A stretch of 64,000 bases of DNA from Polyangiaceae bacterium (GTDB lineage: Bacteria; Myxococcota_A; Polyangia; Polyangiales; Polyangiaceae). Under the pieces are notes generated by a model, which was not told the DNA's origin, ran no database searches, and was given only the letters and a program-made list of their open reading frames with translations. The DNA is taken from assembly GCA_033763455.1 (NCBI GenBank), contig JANRKO010000074.1, positions 32,001 through 96,000 on the forward strand, in the 5' to 3' direction. Positions 1 to 10,092 of the stretch are shown here, piece by piece. Each line of letters begins with the position of its first letter. Position 1 is the first letter of the stretch. The position numbers were made by a program, and so were the translations under genes.

Positions 1-141
1 TGGCGAACAGAATGTTACCTGGCCCGGAAAGATCCGAGGCTCATTTTACGCGAGGAAGATCGCATCTTGCTCTAGAAACCGGCCAAAGCTCGAATCGAGA
101 AGGCGCCCCAAACGTAGCTGAAGTGCAATCTGCGAATACCG

Positions 142-660
142 TTAAGCCGCGTTCTTACCGCAGCACTTCTTGTATTTCTTGCCGCTCCCGCAGGGGCAGG
201 GGTCGTTGCGGCCGATGCGGGGGCCTTCGTGCACCACGGGCGGCCCTGCTATCTCTTGACCATCTACGAACACCCAGCGGCCGTTGGCTTTGCGAAAGGT
301 GGCGCGCTCACGGTGATTGATGACGGTGCTCTTGATCTTGTAGCGCGCGAGAAATTCAACGACGCCGGTGTCGTCTTCGGCGGTGCCTTTCTCCGTCTTG
401 AGAATTTCTAGGCCGAGCCACTCGGATTGCTTGGACCAAGCTTCGGTGCTCTTGCGATCCATTTCGTCTTTGGAATCAGGATCGTAGGTGCTCGCGATGT
501 AGTCGATCTCGCCTTTGCTATAAGCCGTGTAGCGCGAGCGCATGAGAGCTTCCGCCGTCGGCGGCTTAGCGGTGCCAGCAATAAAAGGGCCGCAACACTC
601 TTCGAAGGAAAGTCCAGTTCCGCAGGGGCAAGTCACGTTGATTTCAGGCTCCAGTAGCAA
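142..660 (-). CDS. ychJ: YchJ-family protein with N- and C-terminal SEC-C metal-binding motifs
   Basis: CPCGTG...[27 protein letters not shown]-terminal [18 protein letters not shown]; true start may be GTG at 636. Confidence 0.9.
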   Translation of the reverse strand: MLLEPEINVTCPCGTGLSFEECCGPFIAGTAKPPTAEALMRSRYTAYSKGEIDYIASTYDPDSKDEMDRKSTEAWSKQSEWLGLEILKTEKGTAEDDTGVVEFLARYKIKSTVINHRERATFRKANGRWVFVDGQEIAGPPVVHEGPRIGRNDPCPCGSGKKYKKCCGKNAA

Positions 661-2119
661 GGCTTCGTGAGAGGGGCTCTAAGGCCGCCAAAAGTTTTCC
701 GTGGATGCCACCGAACGCCCCATTAGACAAGACCGCGAGCGAATCACCAGGCTTTGCTAGCTCCACCGCTCGGCGTAAGACACGCTCTTGGTCAGCGCAG
801 GCTTCGGCGTGAATTCCCCGCTCTTGAAGGGCATTTTGGAGAACTTCCAGATCCAAAGCTTCCTCTTTGGGTAGTCCTTTTCGTCCGAGCGGCGCGAGCA
901 ACACGTAGTTGGCAGCGTCGAAGCTTTCGGCGTAGGCGGCTTGGTGCAGGTTTCTGCAGGCCGTGGCACTGCGTGGCTCGAACAGCACGATTAGGCGCCC
1001 GGTTGGATTCTGTGCTTTGAGTGACTGCAAGGTCTCGCGCACTGCCGTCGGATGATGAGCGAAGTCGTCGTATAGGCGCACCCCACCCACCTCTCCAAAC
1101 AATTCTTGCCGACGCCTCACGCCCTGGAAGGTAGCAAGAGCGCGTGCTGCAGCTACAACATCACACCCAAAACCTTGAGTGGTCGCGGCGATGGCGGCCA
1201 GCGAATTCTTAAGGTTGTGGACACCTGCGAGCGTTACAGCGAAGCGGCCTGCGGGCACTCCACCAGCGAACAGATCAAAGCTCATACCAGAAGCGTCGGT
1301 GGCCACCGGAGCGGCCACCCACGGCGCCACAGCTCCGTAGGTGGGCGCTCCTTCAAGCGAATAGAAGCTCACTTCCGCACGCGCGTTTGCCTGAACCACT
1401 TCCACCACCTTTGGGTCATTGGCGTTGGCTACAATTAGCCCTTTTTCTGGGATTTGCGCCACAAATTGTGCGAAGGCTGCGACGTACGCGGCTTCGGTGG
1501 GATAGATGTCGATGTGGTCGTGTTCGATCGAAGTAATGACGGCCACTTCGGCTTGGTAATGGAGGAATTTCGCGGTCTTCTCGAAGAAGGCGGTGTCGTA
1601 TTCGTCGCCTTCCAGCACCATGGGCGTCTTGCGGCGGGGCCAGCGGATGAGGCTTTTCCTTGTGGGTTTTACGGCACGGAATCCGCGTCCAAAGTTCCCC
1701 GGAACGCCACCGATAAGAAAGCCCGGCGCCTGCCCACATTGTTCGAGGAGCCAGGCACACAGGCTGCTCGTGGTTGTTTTCCCGTGAGTGCCTGCAACTA
1801 CGAGCGAAGACGTATCCGGCAGGGCAAAACGCTGGAGAGCGCCGGCAATGTGGGTCAGCGGCAGCGCTTGAGCCTGAGCTGCAAGAACCTCGGGATTGTC
1901 TTTGCGACAAACGTTACCCACAACGACGAGATCTGGAGCTGGGGTGAGGTGGCTTGCCTCGTACCCGCGTAGGCACTTTACGCCCCAAGCTTCAAGTTCC
2001 GGGCCAATAGGTGGGTCAAACGCGACGTCGCTACCCGTTACTTCATGGCCCAATTCGACCAAGAGCCCCGCCAAGGAGCCCATGCCGGTACCCGAAACAC
2101 CCACGATGTGAATGCGCAT
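644..2119 (-). CDS. mpl: Murein peptide ligase (MurC/Mpl family)
   Basis: [57 protein letters not shown]. Confidence 0.88.
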   Translation of the reverse strand: MRIHIVGVSGTGMGSLAGLLVELGHEVTGSDVAFDPPIGPELEAWGVKCLRGYEASHLTPAPDLVVVGNVCRKDNPEVLAAQAQALPLTHIAGALQRFALPDTSSLVVAGTHGKTTTSSLCAWLLEQCGQAPGFLIGGVPGNFGRGFRAVKPTRKSLIRWPRRKTPMVLEGDEYDTAFFEKTAKFLHYQAEVAVITSIEHDHIDIYPTEAAYVAAFAQFVAQIPEKGLIVANANDPKVVEVVQANARAEVSFYSLEGAPTYGAVAPWVAAPVATDASGMSFDLFAGGVPAGRFAVTLAGVHNLKNSLAAIAATTQGFGCDVVAAARALATFQGVRRRQELFGEVGGVRLYDDFAHHPTAVRETLQSLKAQNPTGRLIVLFEPRSATACRNLHQAAYAESFDAANYVLLAPLGRKGLPKEEALDLEVLQNALQERGIHAEACADQERVLRRAVELAKPGDSLAVLSNGAFGGIHGKLLAALEPLSRSLATGA

Positions 2120-2351
2120 GGGGCAAGGCTATTACCAGAGTCTCGGCGCTTTGGGTGCCCCGGCTGGCGCTCATCGAAAGCGGGATCCCGCACCCGCCGC
2201 GAACAGTAGCGTCGCAAGTTGGTCCGCAAGCACCTGGGATGCCTCTTTCTCTCGCGAATGAGGTGCTTAGCATGACAAGTATAGTTTTTCGAGGCAGAAG
2301 GGCCTTCGCTCCAACACTAACCGAGAGCAGCGATCTTCCGCGGAGCTTTGC

Positions 2352-2732
2352 TTACGAGGGCGGAACGCAAGCCTTCTTACCGGGATTGCTTACCGCGAAA
2401 GTGATGCTCGACGAGCAGTTGGATTCCGACTCGATCGGGCGGAATAAGTTGCATTCGGGCTTTTCGCCACAGACCAGGAAACAATAATTTTTGCCGTCGT
2501 CGTGGGCGACACACGCCGAACCCGCGGGGCACGGAACGTTGGGGCCGCAGCCCTGAACCCCGCAGTAGCCGCCTTTGAATGCCAAGCAGGTCTGCCCAAC
2601 TTCGGTGCAATCCTGATTGCTCGTGCAGGCTGCCCCCACGCCGCGACGCTGCGCCTCACTGCCTGGCGGAGGATCCTCGTCGCCGCAGGCAGTTGCGAGC
2701 GCCAGGATGACCCAAAGGGCGCTGAGCCGCAT
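2352..2732 (-). CDS. Small Cys-rich lipoprotein
   Basis: Signal peptide with lipobox LATAC, many Cys (GGYC motif); alternative start 2780. Confidence 0.7.
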   Translation of the reverse strand: MRLSALWVILALATACGDEDPPPGSEAQRRGVGAACTSNQDCTEVGQTCLAFKGGYCGVQGCGPNVPCPAGSACVAHDDGKNYCFLVCGEKPECNLFRPIESESNCSSSITFAVSNPGKKACVPPS

Positions 2733-2904
2733 GCTAGACTGCACACGCCAGCCGGACCAAAACACTCTCTGGATTGCCATGATTGCTAAGTGGAGACCGG
2801 GGCCGCGAATTATTAAGAGGACGCCGCCTGTCGCGAGCGCATCTTGGCGAATCCGGGGGCCTCACGCGCGGGACCAGCGTTTCGGCGCTTTGGATCAAGG
2901 GCTT

Positions 2905-4272
2905 TTACGTACGGATCACCACACGCACGCGCTTTTGGCCGACCCCTGCATAGGCCGCGTACCAGCCCGAGGGAAGCTCCGGATCCGCCCATGCCCAGAG
3001 CCGATGGGCGTCGGCGGGCGAGAGCTGCAAATTGCCGGGGCCAAATTCGATCCCGAATCTGTCGTGCCAGAAGGCAGCATGGATCATCTGCCCCGAGCTT
3101 AACTCAAGCGCCCACGGCACATCGTACACTTCGTAGCCCTCCGCTGCACGGGTGGGATCGAGCTCTACGTGGGTAATGTGTTTGGCAACAATTTCGAAGG
3201 TGCCGCGTGTGGTGGAAGCGGAGCCCTCTTCGTCGAGCCTATCCCTACCGACGCTCACCAGAGTCGCGAAAATCGGCTTCTTTCCCTCGTAGAGCACCAG
3301 GGTACCCATGGTCACGCTCACGTCGATCCATTTTTCGTTGTCCGTTGCGAAATCTGGGAAGGTGTTGCGCCGCCGAATCAAGGTTACGTCCTGGTGGCGA
3401 ACGAAGGCATTGTCTTTCGTTCCCCAATATTGAGAGCCTGAAACGGTGCGGTACTTCCCCGTGAGCTCTACGCGCTGATGGTAGCCTAAGGGGTCGGTTG
3501 TTTGCGGCTTTTCACCTTCGTTGAGCGCCCAGGTGTGCACTCCGCGCTTGACGACAAACGCGAGCGGTAGGCTGGCCTGCTCGCCGAGCTCCACGCCGGA
3601 AAAATCGGGCGCTTTTACGGGAGAAAGGGTGGCCGCATCCACGAAGCTGCCGTTCGGGAGCATGGCTAGGCGCAGTTCGGCGTCGTGTTCATTCTTCGCA
3701 ACCCAGGAGCCCACCACGGCGAAACGGCTGTGCCGTGGGAGCTTGCTGGTGGATTTTACGCGTTTGGGGCGGCCCCGATCGACGCTGTATAGATCGGTGG
3801 CCATGTTCGTTTTCGCATAAGTGTACGGCAACGTTTCTTCGAGCTTCGGAGAAAGCGCCATGGCCTTGAGCGTTGGATGAGCAAGATCGAGCGTTGCTCC
3901 TTGATCCAAACAAACGAAACCTCGCGGGCGAACGGCGTACCAGCCTCCCTTGCACCCGGGCGCATCGATGGGGCGTGTCGAACGCGCCACTCGTGCTCCT
4001 GCGTGGAGATAACCTAGCCGCGACGGTGTGGGGCTTCCGGGGGTTTCTACGATGGGTGTGAGATTAGCGACGGAGGCAAGCTTCGGACCATCTTCGGACG
4101 GAACGGGGACATGAAGAAAGTCAGACGGCTCCACACTTGTGAGCGCCGGCGTTGGATGGTCTTTACGACAAGCAGTGAGCGACAGAACGGCAGCCAATAA
4201 GGCTTTTTGGCCCAGGCGAGCGACGCGGACGAGTTGAGCTGCCACAGTAGACGGTGTGGCACGCGTGGGCAT
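2905..4272 (-). CDS. L,D-transpeptidase (YkuD)-family lipoprotein; catalytic Cys apparently absent
   Basis: Lipobox LTAC; KWIDVS...LVLYEG..PIFATLVSVG, T.RGTF.I..KH, HAAFWHDRFG...LSPADA. Confidence 0.8.
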   Translation of the reverse strand: MPTRATPSTVAAQLVRVARLGQKALLAAVLSLTACRKDHPTPALTSVEPSDFLHVPVPSEDGPKLASVANLTPIVETPGSPTPSRLGYLHAGARVARSTRPIDAPGCKGGWYAVRPRGFVCLDQGATLDLAHPTLKAMALSPKLEETLPYTYAKTNMATDLYSVDRGRPKRVKSTSKLPRHSRFAVVGSWVAKNEHDAELRLAMLPNGSFVDAATLSPVKAPDFSGVELGEQASLPLAFVVKRGVHTWALNEGEKPQTTDPLGYHQRVELTGKYRTVSGSQYWGTKDNAFVRHQDVTLIRRRNTFPDFATDNEKWIDVSVTMGTLVLYEGKKPIFATLVSVGRDRLDEEGSASTTRGTFEIVAKHITHVELDPTRAAEGYEVYDVPWALELSSGQMIHAAFWHDRFGIEFGPGNLQLSPADAHRLWAWADPELPSGWYAAYAGVGQKRVRVVIRT

Positions 4273-4392
4273 TTTTGGCCCAATTTGTGACTTTCAGGGG
4301 GCCGCTGTGAGCTCGTATTCGACCAACTTTTGTGTAGCCGTTGCTCTTTTGGGTGTGGTGGGGCAAGTAGGACTTAGCAGGAGCAAAGACGG

Positions 4393-4716
4393 ATGAAGGT
4401 CCGCCCGGTGGTATTCGGAAAAGAAATTCGCAGAATTCGCCTCGCTTCTGGGCTCACCCTCGAGCAGCTCTCCGAGCGTGCCGGGCTCACGCCGAATTAC
4501 ATCGGGAGTGTCGAAAATGGTCGGCGTGACCCTTCGTTAAGTACCGTGCTGGCTTTGGCCGCAGGACTTGAGCGGGAACCGGGCGAGCTCTTTGGGTCTG
4601 CGCTGCCTGGTGGCCCAACGGCTGTGGAAGCCGCTCACCTGCTTGAATCCTTACCGCTGGAGGTGCAGGTCGCGGTGGTGGAGCTGCTTCGCGAGCTGGT
4701 GAAGAAACGCCGGTAG
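4393..4716 (+). CDS. XRE-family HTH transcriptional regulator
   Basis: FG..IRRIR...GLTLEQLSERAGLTPNYIGSVENGRRDPSL. Confidence 0.9.
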   Translation: MKVRPVVFGKEIRRIRLASGLTLEQLSERAGLTPNYIGSVENGRRDPSLSTVLALAAGLEREPGELFGSALPGGPTAVEAAHLLESLPLEVQVAVVELLRELVKKRR

Positions 4717-4739
4717 CTTGGGGCCGATGCCCACGTAAG

Positions 4740-5618
4740 CTAACGCAAAACCCCAGAAACCACGCGATCGCGCCCGCCGTAATCTTTGTTCACGCGAACG
4801 TTCGTGAACTTTGCGGCTTCGAAAAGGTCGGAAACCTGGGGTGCTTGGTTCCAGGCAATCTCCACAGCCAAGGTCCCTCCGGCATTCAAGTGTGCCGGAG
4901 CCTCGTGTATCAGGCGTTCCAAGATCTCGGTGCCATTGCCTCCGCCTTTAAGTGCCAAGTGGGGCTCGTAATTCACGATATCTGGCGCGAGCTCTTTCAC
5001 CTCCTCCACTGGGATGTAGGGCGGATTGCTCACGATCAAATCGAACTTTGCGTTGTTATCTAGAGCCTGAAAGAGATCTCCCAAAAGCCAGCCAACATTG
5101 AAGCTTACGCCCAAGCGTTCGGCGTTTTTTCGTGCTACGGCCAGGGCATCGCCTGACACATCCGTGCCCAGCACGCGCCAGGTTGGGCGCGCTTTGGCCA
5201 GGCTAATGGCCACGCAACCGCTTCCCGTACACAGATCGAGCGCGCGGCCGTACATATACGCCTCCCGCGTGCGAGCGAGTGCCACTTCCACCAGCGTTTC
5301 GGTGTCGGGCCGTGGAATGAGCACGCGGCGATCGACACGGAACATGTGCCCGTAAAATTCGCGTTCGCCCAAAATGTAAGCGATGGGCTCGTGTTGGCGA
5401 CGGCGGCGGATAAGCTCACGAAAGCTAGAGAGCTCGTGCGCTGTGAGCTCGCGGTGAGCTTCCAAAATGAGCTTCAAGCGGTCGAACGAGAGCACGCGCC
5501 CGAGCAAGAGCTCGGCGTCCAAACGTGCGCTTTCTAGCCCGCGTTTGGCGAAATCATCCGAAGCCCAGCGCAATACCCGCTGGATCGTCCAGGCTTCTGT
5601 TGCCTCCGTTTCACTCAC
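4740..5618 (-). CDS. prmC: Release factor glutamine methyltransferase
   Basis: EPIAYILG.REFYG, LIPRPDTE, DLCTGSGC, SNPPY. Confidence 0.95.
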   Translation of the reverse strand: MSETEATEAWTIQRVLRWASDDFAKRGLESARLDAELLLGRVLSFDRLKLILEAHRELTAHELSSFRELIRRRRQHEPIAYILGEREFYGHMFRVDRRVLIPRPDTETLVEVALARTREAYMYGRALDLCTGSGCVAISLAKARPTWRVLGTDVSGDALAVARKNAERLGVSFNVGWLLGDLFQALDNNAKFDLIVSNPPYIPVEEVKELAPDIVNYEPHLALKGGGNGTEILERLIHEAPAHLNAGGTLAVEIAWNQAPQVSDLFEAAKFTNVRVNKDYGGRDRVVSGVLR

Positions 5619-7003
5619 CCATTCGACCCCTGGCGAGCGGAGAGAAGAGCGCGATCCACGGCAGCCGTAACGTGTTGCTGCACCTCGGCAAGGCGCTTGC
5701 TGGAAGGCGCCTCAAAGCGCATCACCAAGATAGGCCCCGTATTGGAGGCACGCACGAGTGCCCAAGCTCCGTCCGGGTAGCGGAGCCGAACGCCATCGAT
5801 ATCGTTGAGCTTACCTTCTTGAGAGAGCTCGGCCTTCACCATTCGCACCACCTCAGCTTTGAGCGAATCAGGGCATTCTTTTCTGAGTTCTGGCGTGCTG
5901 AACCCCTTCGGTACATCCGCCAAAAGCGCGCCCGGGCTGAGCTTTTTCTCGCAAACGATCTCCAGCAAGCGCAGCGCCGCATAGATGCCGTCGTCATGGC
6001 CAAAGAAGCGATCAGCGAAGAAGAAGTGCCCGCTCATTTCGCCGGCGATAAGTGCCATGCTCTCCTTCATCTTGGTCTTGATCAAAGAGTGCCCGGTTTT
6101 CCACATGATGGCCTGGCCGCCCCGGCTTGCCACAGAATCAAACAAGGACTGCGAGCATTTCACGTCGCCGATGACGGCGGCTCCAGGGTGCGCTTCGAGC
6201 ACCGGCCGCGCCAAAAGTGCGAGCAAGCGATCTCCCCAGATAATCTCGCCGGTTTGATCGACCAGGCCCAGCCGATCGCCATCGCCGTCCCAAGCGAGGC
6301 CGAGCAGCGCATTGTTTTCTCGCACAGCCGTGATCAAATGTTGGAGGTTCTTTTCGACGGTAGGATCCGGGTGATGGTTGGGAAAAGTACCATCCATGTC
6401 GCAGAACAGGGCAATCGGGTTAAAGCCAGCGTTCTGTAAGGCGCGCAGCCCGAGTGGTCCCGCCGAGCCGTTTCCCGCGTCCACCACAATGCGCACGTTC
6501 GGATCCTTGATCTTTACGTTGCCTTGCATGAACGCAAGGTACGCGTCCTCGACACTCACGGCTTCCATCGTGCCGCGTGGGTCGTGTTTGGCGCTCAAGG
6601 CTTCCACTTTCCGGCGGAGAGCCTGAATAGATTCTCCGAAAAAAGAGGATTTGCCGCGCATGATCTTGAAGCCGTTATCCGGTGCGTCGTTGTGGCTACC
6701 GGTGATCATGATGCCGCCGTCGGTCTTCAGGTGGTGCACGGCGAAATACATGAGGGGGGTGGGGCCAATGCCGATGTCCACCACGTGAACCCCTGCGGCA
6801 AGCAACCCGCTCACCAATGCGTTGAACAAGCGAGGGCTGGAGAGGCGGCAATCTCGCGCGACCACCAGGCGCGGGGGCGTGTCCGTATCCGGCGCACGCA
6901 ACATTTCGCCAAGCGCCTGGCCGATGCGGTTCACGACGTCGTCCACCAAATCCCGGTCTGCTACGCCCCGGATATCGTACTCACGAAAGATATGGCTACT
7001 CAT
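5615..7003 (-). CDS. Phosphomannomutase/phosphoglucomutase
   Basis: IFREYDIRG, TGSHN, FPNHHPDP, DGDGDR, GEMSGH, VRASNT. Confidence 0.95.
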   Translation of the reverse strand: MSSHIFREYDIRGVADRDLVDDVVNRIGQALGEMLRAPDTDTPPRLVVARDCRLSSPRLFNALVSGLLAAGVHVVDIGIGPTPLMYFAVHHLKTDGGIMITGSHNDAPDNGFKIMRGKSSFFGESIQALRRKVEALSAKHDPRGTMEAVSVEDAYLAFMQGNVKIKDPNVRIVVDAGNGSAGPLGLRALQNAGFNPIALFCDMDGTFPNHHPDPTVEKNLQHLITAVRENNALLGLAWDGDGDRLGLVDQTGEIIWGDRLLALLARPVLEAHPGAAVIGDVKCSQSLFDSVASRGGQAIMWKTGHSLIKTKMKESMALIAGEMSGHFFFADRFFGHDDGIYAALRLLEIVCEKKLSPGALLADVPKGFSTPELRKECPDSLKAEVVRMVKAELSQEGKLNDIDGVRLRYPDGAWALVRASNTGPILVMRFEAPSSKRLAEVQQHVTAAVDRALLSARQGSNG

Positions 7004-7028
7004 GGGGCGCCGACCTTAGCGCGTGGGC

Positions 7029-7490
7029 TCAGGGCTGACGACACTCTGCTGGGGATTTTGGTGTGGGCGCGCACTCAGCTGGCGTGCGCGCAAGTGTTTC
7101 GCCCCCTTCGCCTGGGCTCTTCTCGTACCAAGCGGGTTCGGCGTAGTAGAGGATGGCACCCGCTTCGGCTGGAAGCCAGGCCATGGTGGCCTCGGTTCGG
7201 TAACACGAGCTCCGCACTTTTCGCCAGCCTCCCGGTACCCACGCCCAGCGCCGACCTTGCCACGTAAAATACCCATCGACCCAAAGGCACGCGGGGCCTG
7301 GATCGGCGGGGACGTTCTGCACCTGCGCCGGGGGCGGTGGAAAATCCACGATGGCAAAACGAGCGTTCAAAGGAAACGGTCCGCTAGGAGGCGTGCGTAG
7401 GATGGGGCTGCAACCTAGGCCGACACATGCGGCGAGAATACAAGCCATCTTGGGGAGAACCGCCACCACATGCGCGGCCGCAGGCTTCAT
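7029..7490 (-). CDS. Pro-rich lipoprotein with YXWGXW-like repeat
   Basis: Lipobox GLGC, PPPPAQV, WVDGYFTWQGRRWAWVPGGW; overlaps pilD stop. Confidence 0.65.
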   Translation of the reverse strand: MKPAAAHVVAVLPKMACILAACVGLGCSPILRTPPSGPFPLNARFAIVDFPPPPAQVQNVPADPGPACLWVDGYFTWQGRRWAWVPGGWRKVRSSCYRTEATMAWLPAEAGAILYYAEPAWYEKSPGEGGETLARTPAECAPTPKSPAECRQP

Positions 7491-8455
7491 TCGAAACCTG
7501 AAACGTTAAGGTAATATTGAACGAGCTCTGGGCCGAAGAGTGCGTACTCCAATATGCCGAGAACCAGAAAAGGACCGAACGCAAAGCGCGATTTGGCGAG
7601 ACCGCTCGCAGGAGCCGTCATCACCAGATCTTTCTCAAATTCCTCCCGCAAGGCGGCCTGCTCCTCAGCCGGTGCTTCTTCGAGCAATTTCAACATCTCC
7701 TCCCGTTCGGCTTTCACAGCTTCAGGCTCCTCGATCTTCCCGGTGGCGGCGTACACGGCGATCGCCACAATAGTTCCCTGAACAGCGCCCACCAGAAGGG
7801 CAAAAACCGCGGCGGGCCAGCCAAACCAGGCGCCCGCCAGCAGCAGTAGCTTTGCATCTCCGAGGCCCATTCCCGCGTGCCCCCGCAGCGCGCGATACAA
7901 CACATCAAAGGGCAACCAAATAATACAGAAACCAATGACGGCACCGAGCAAGCTCTCGGTGAAAGTCACTTCCGGTCGAAGTGCCACGCTGGCGAGCCCG
8001 AGAAGTGCGCCGCCTAGCGTGATTTCATCGGGTAAGATCATGTGTTTCAGATCGATGAATGCCGCGCAAATGAGTCCGAGCATCATCACTAGGTAGAGGA
8101 GGAGCAGCGTGAGCACCTGCCAAAATGGGAGGTCATCGGGAAGCCGTGTGAACGTTGTTTCCACAACTGCCCAACCCAGCATGCCGCCGATGGCCTCGAA
8201 CAAAACGTAACGTGGCGAAATCCGTGCGCCGCAGCAGCGAGCTTTCCCTTGCAAAATGAGCCAGCTTAGAACGGGAATGTTTTCGTAAGGTCGGATCCGG
8301 GCACCGCACGCCGGGCACGTGGATGGCGGGTGCACAACGCTCATTCCCCGAGGCAAACGATAGATAACAACGTTGCCAAAGCTCGCTAGGACCATCCCGA
8401 GCATCACCGCCATAGTTACGAGGAACGCATGTGGGAGCTCAAGCAAAGTGGGCAC
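7487..8455 (-). CDS. pilD: Type IV prepilin peptidase/N-methyltransferase
   Basis: SFGNVVIYRLP, S.CPACG, ENIPVLSW...G.ARCC, IDLKH..LPD, GMGLGDAKL, FGPFL. Confidence 0.93.
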   Translation of the reverse strand: MPTLLELPHAFLVTMAVMLGMVLASFGNVVIYRLPRGMSVVHPPSTCPACGARIRPYENIPVLSWLILQGKARCCGARISPRYVLFEAIGGMLGWAVVETTFTRLPDDLPFWQVLTLLLLYLVMMLGLICAAFIDLKHMILPDEITLGGALLGLASVALRPEVTFTESLLGAVIGFCIIWLPFDVLYRALRGHAGMGLGDAKLLLLAGAWFGWPAAVFALLVGAVQGTIVAIAVYAATGKIEEPEAVKAEREEMLKLLEEAPAEEQAALREEFEKDLVMTAPASGLAKSRFAFGPFLVLGILEYALFGPELVQYYLNVSGFE

Positions 8456-8656
8456 CTTAACTGTTTAGCAAGTTGCGGTAGAATTTTCGATGCCGGCAGG
8501 TCTTTCATCCGCTGCCCCCTCTGGCCTCGCTCCCGCTCATGGCCCATTCAGTGCGGCGGCAAGCTAGACAGCGACATCTTTGGATGCTGGCGTCGCTCGG
8601 CCCGTCTCCCCCTTGCCAGTCGCTCCGCTCTGGCGGAGGAGACGGCACCACAAACG

Positions 8657-8824
8657 GAAGAAGGCTTCAGACACACCGAAGGAGGCTTCAGACACACCGA
8701 AGAAGGCTTCAGACACACCGAAGAAGGCTTCAGACACACCGAAGAAGGCTTCAGACACACCGAAGAAGGCTTCAGACACACCGAAGAAGGCTTCACACGC
8801 ACCGAAGAAGGCTTCACACGCACC
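8657..8824. repeat. Tandem array, 8 x 21 bp (GAAGAAGGCTTCAGACACACC)
   Basis: Directly visible; unit 2 has one substitution, units 7-8 read GAAGAAGGCTTCACACGCACC; no spacers. Confidence 0.97.
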
Positions 8825-8883
8825 GCATGCTTCGGCATTCAACGAGCGGAAGCACCAGAGGTGTTCTCGTGCGTGGACAGAAT

Positions 8884-8897
8884 CTTAGCATGCTAAG
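8884..8897. promoter_or_regulatory. Perfect palindrome CTTAGCATGCTAAG
   Basis: Same 14-mer at 26882-26895; 12/14 match at 2266-2279; all intergenic. Confidence 0.5.
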
Positions 8898-8981
8898 TAC
8901 TTGGCGCGACGTGTGAAGGGGAACTGGTCTGATGCGTTGCGGTCGCGATTTGGGTCGATGCTTCTCGGTTGCTCGTTGATT

Positions 8982-9296
8982 CTACTCTTGTTGGGTGGGT
9001 CGAGCGCGCTGTCGAAACTCGGCCACGCACGCTTGGTTGTCGATGGAGCTCAAAAGGCAGCGGTAAAGCTCCTGATCGTACGGTTGGGTGAGGCATTCAA
9101 ACGCCACTTCCTCAACTTTGGCCCGAACCTGCGGGAGGCGTAAGCCAGCGCTATTCACACCCACCAGGCGCACAGCGATCTGTTCGCACTGCTCGATGCT
9201 CGGGGCCTTGCGAGTGCACCCGGCAACTGCCAACGCTAAGATAACACCTAGCCTTCGCCATAGGGTGTTGCGGCTGCTTCGGGAAGCGAAATGCAT
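8982..9296 (-). CDS. Small lipoprotein, hypothetical
   Basis: Lipobox VAGC and four further Cys; follows 9304-10092 gene in operon. Confidence 0.65.
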   Translation of the reverse strand: MHFASRSSRNTLWRRLGVILALAVAGCTRKAPSIEQCEQIAVRLVGVNSAGLRLPQVRAKVEEVAFECLTQPYDQELYRCLLSSIDNQACVAEFRQRARPTQQE

Positions 9297-9303
9297 CTTT
9301 ATC

Positions 9304-10092
9304 CTAGCGCACCAAGCTAAGTGAGAGCCCGAGGGCAACGGTGCCCTCAGGCCTTGGAAGGCCCGGCACACGTACGGAGTTCCCGGCTGCGTCGAAGCCT
9401 TGAGTCTCTCGGAAAAAATCGCCGCGCTGGCCAATTGCTATACTCGGGTTCAGGTGGAGCCCAATTGCGAGCCAGTCTGGAATCGGTTCGTACGCAACGT
9501 TCATGTTCAGCCCGAACTGAAGAAAAGAACCGTGGCGCTCCACCAGCTTAAGAGCTCCCGAAGAGGGCGCGGGAGCCGTTAGGTATTGCCAGCTTACCGT
9601 GGGTCCACCGGAAAGCGCCAATTGTGGCAAGGGCCGCCATTCGGGCTCAATGGCGCCCTGAAGTTCGGAGGCTCGCGCGGTGAGCGGCTTGGAAGGGCTA
9701 CCCATCAGGCTTGCCTCGTTCCCGAGGTCCACTTCATGCGTCGCTTGGCGGGCGGCCACTCGCGCAAGCAGCCATGGAAGAAGCACCACACGAACATGCC
9801 CACCGAACGCCCATGCTACTCGATACTTGGCCGCGCCGTCTGTTGAGCGCCACAGCAGACCTACGTCAGGGCCCAGCTCTACCTTTCGTGGCGCGACAGA
9901 GTGCGATGGCGTTTCCAAGTAAGGAGCTGGGGATTGGTCGCTTGGTTTCGGTGGCGCGGGCGGAGGCATCGCCTCGGGTTCGCGCAGGCTCGCCTCGGGC
10001 GCATCGCTGTCTTTTGCCTGCACTCCGCGGGAGCCCAGCAACAGCACCAAACATGTGCCCAGAGCAAAAGGGAAGGTTGTCGATTTCTTCAC
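9304..10092 (-). CDS. Hypothetical exported protein, probably outer-membrane beta-barrel
   Basis: Signal peptide, Pro-rich linker, alternating beta-strand pattern; abuts pheT stop. Confidence 0.6.
   Translation of the reverse strand: MKKSTTFPFALGTCLVLLLGSRGVQAKDSDAPEASLREPEAMPPPAPPKPSDQSPAPYLETPSHSVAPRKVELGPDVGLLWRSTDGAAKYRVAWAFGGHVRVVLLPWLLARVAARQATHEVDLGNEASLMGSPSKPLTARASELQGAIEPEWRPLPQLALSGGPTVSWQYLTAPAPSSGALKLVERHGSFLQFGLNMNVAYEPIPDWLAIGLHLNPSIAIGQRGDFFRETQGFDAAGNSVRVPGLPRPEGTVALGLSLSLVR

Noticed and set aside
5525..6439. 304-aa plus-strand ORF
   Set aside because: Antisense shadow of the phosphomannomutase gene
8657..8824. CRISPR array
   Set aside because: Units are contiguous with no unique spacers; no cas genes in the window
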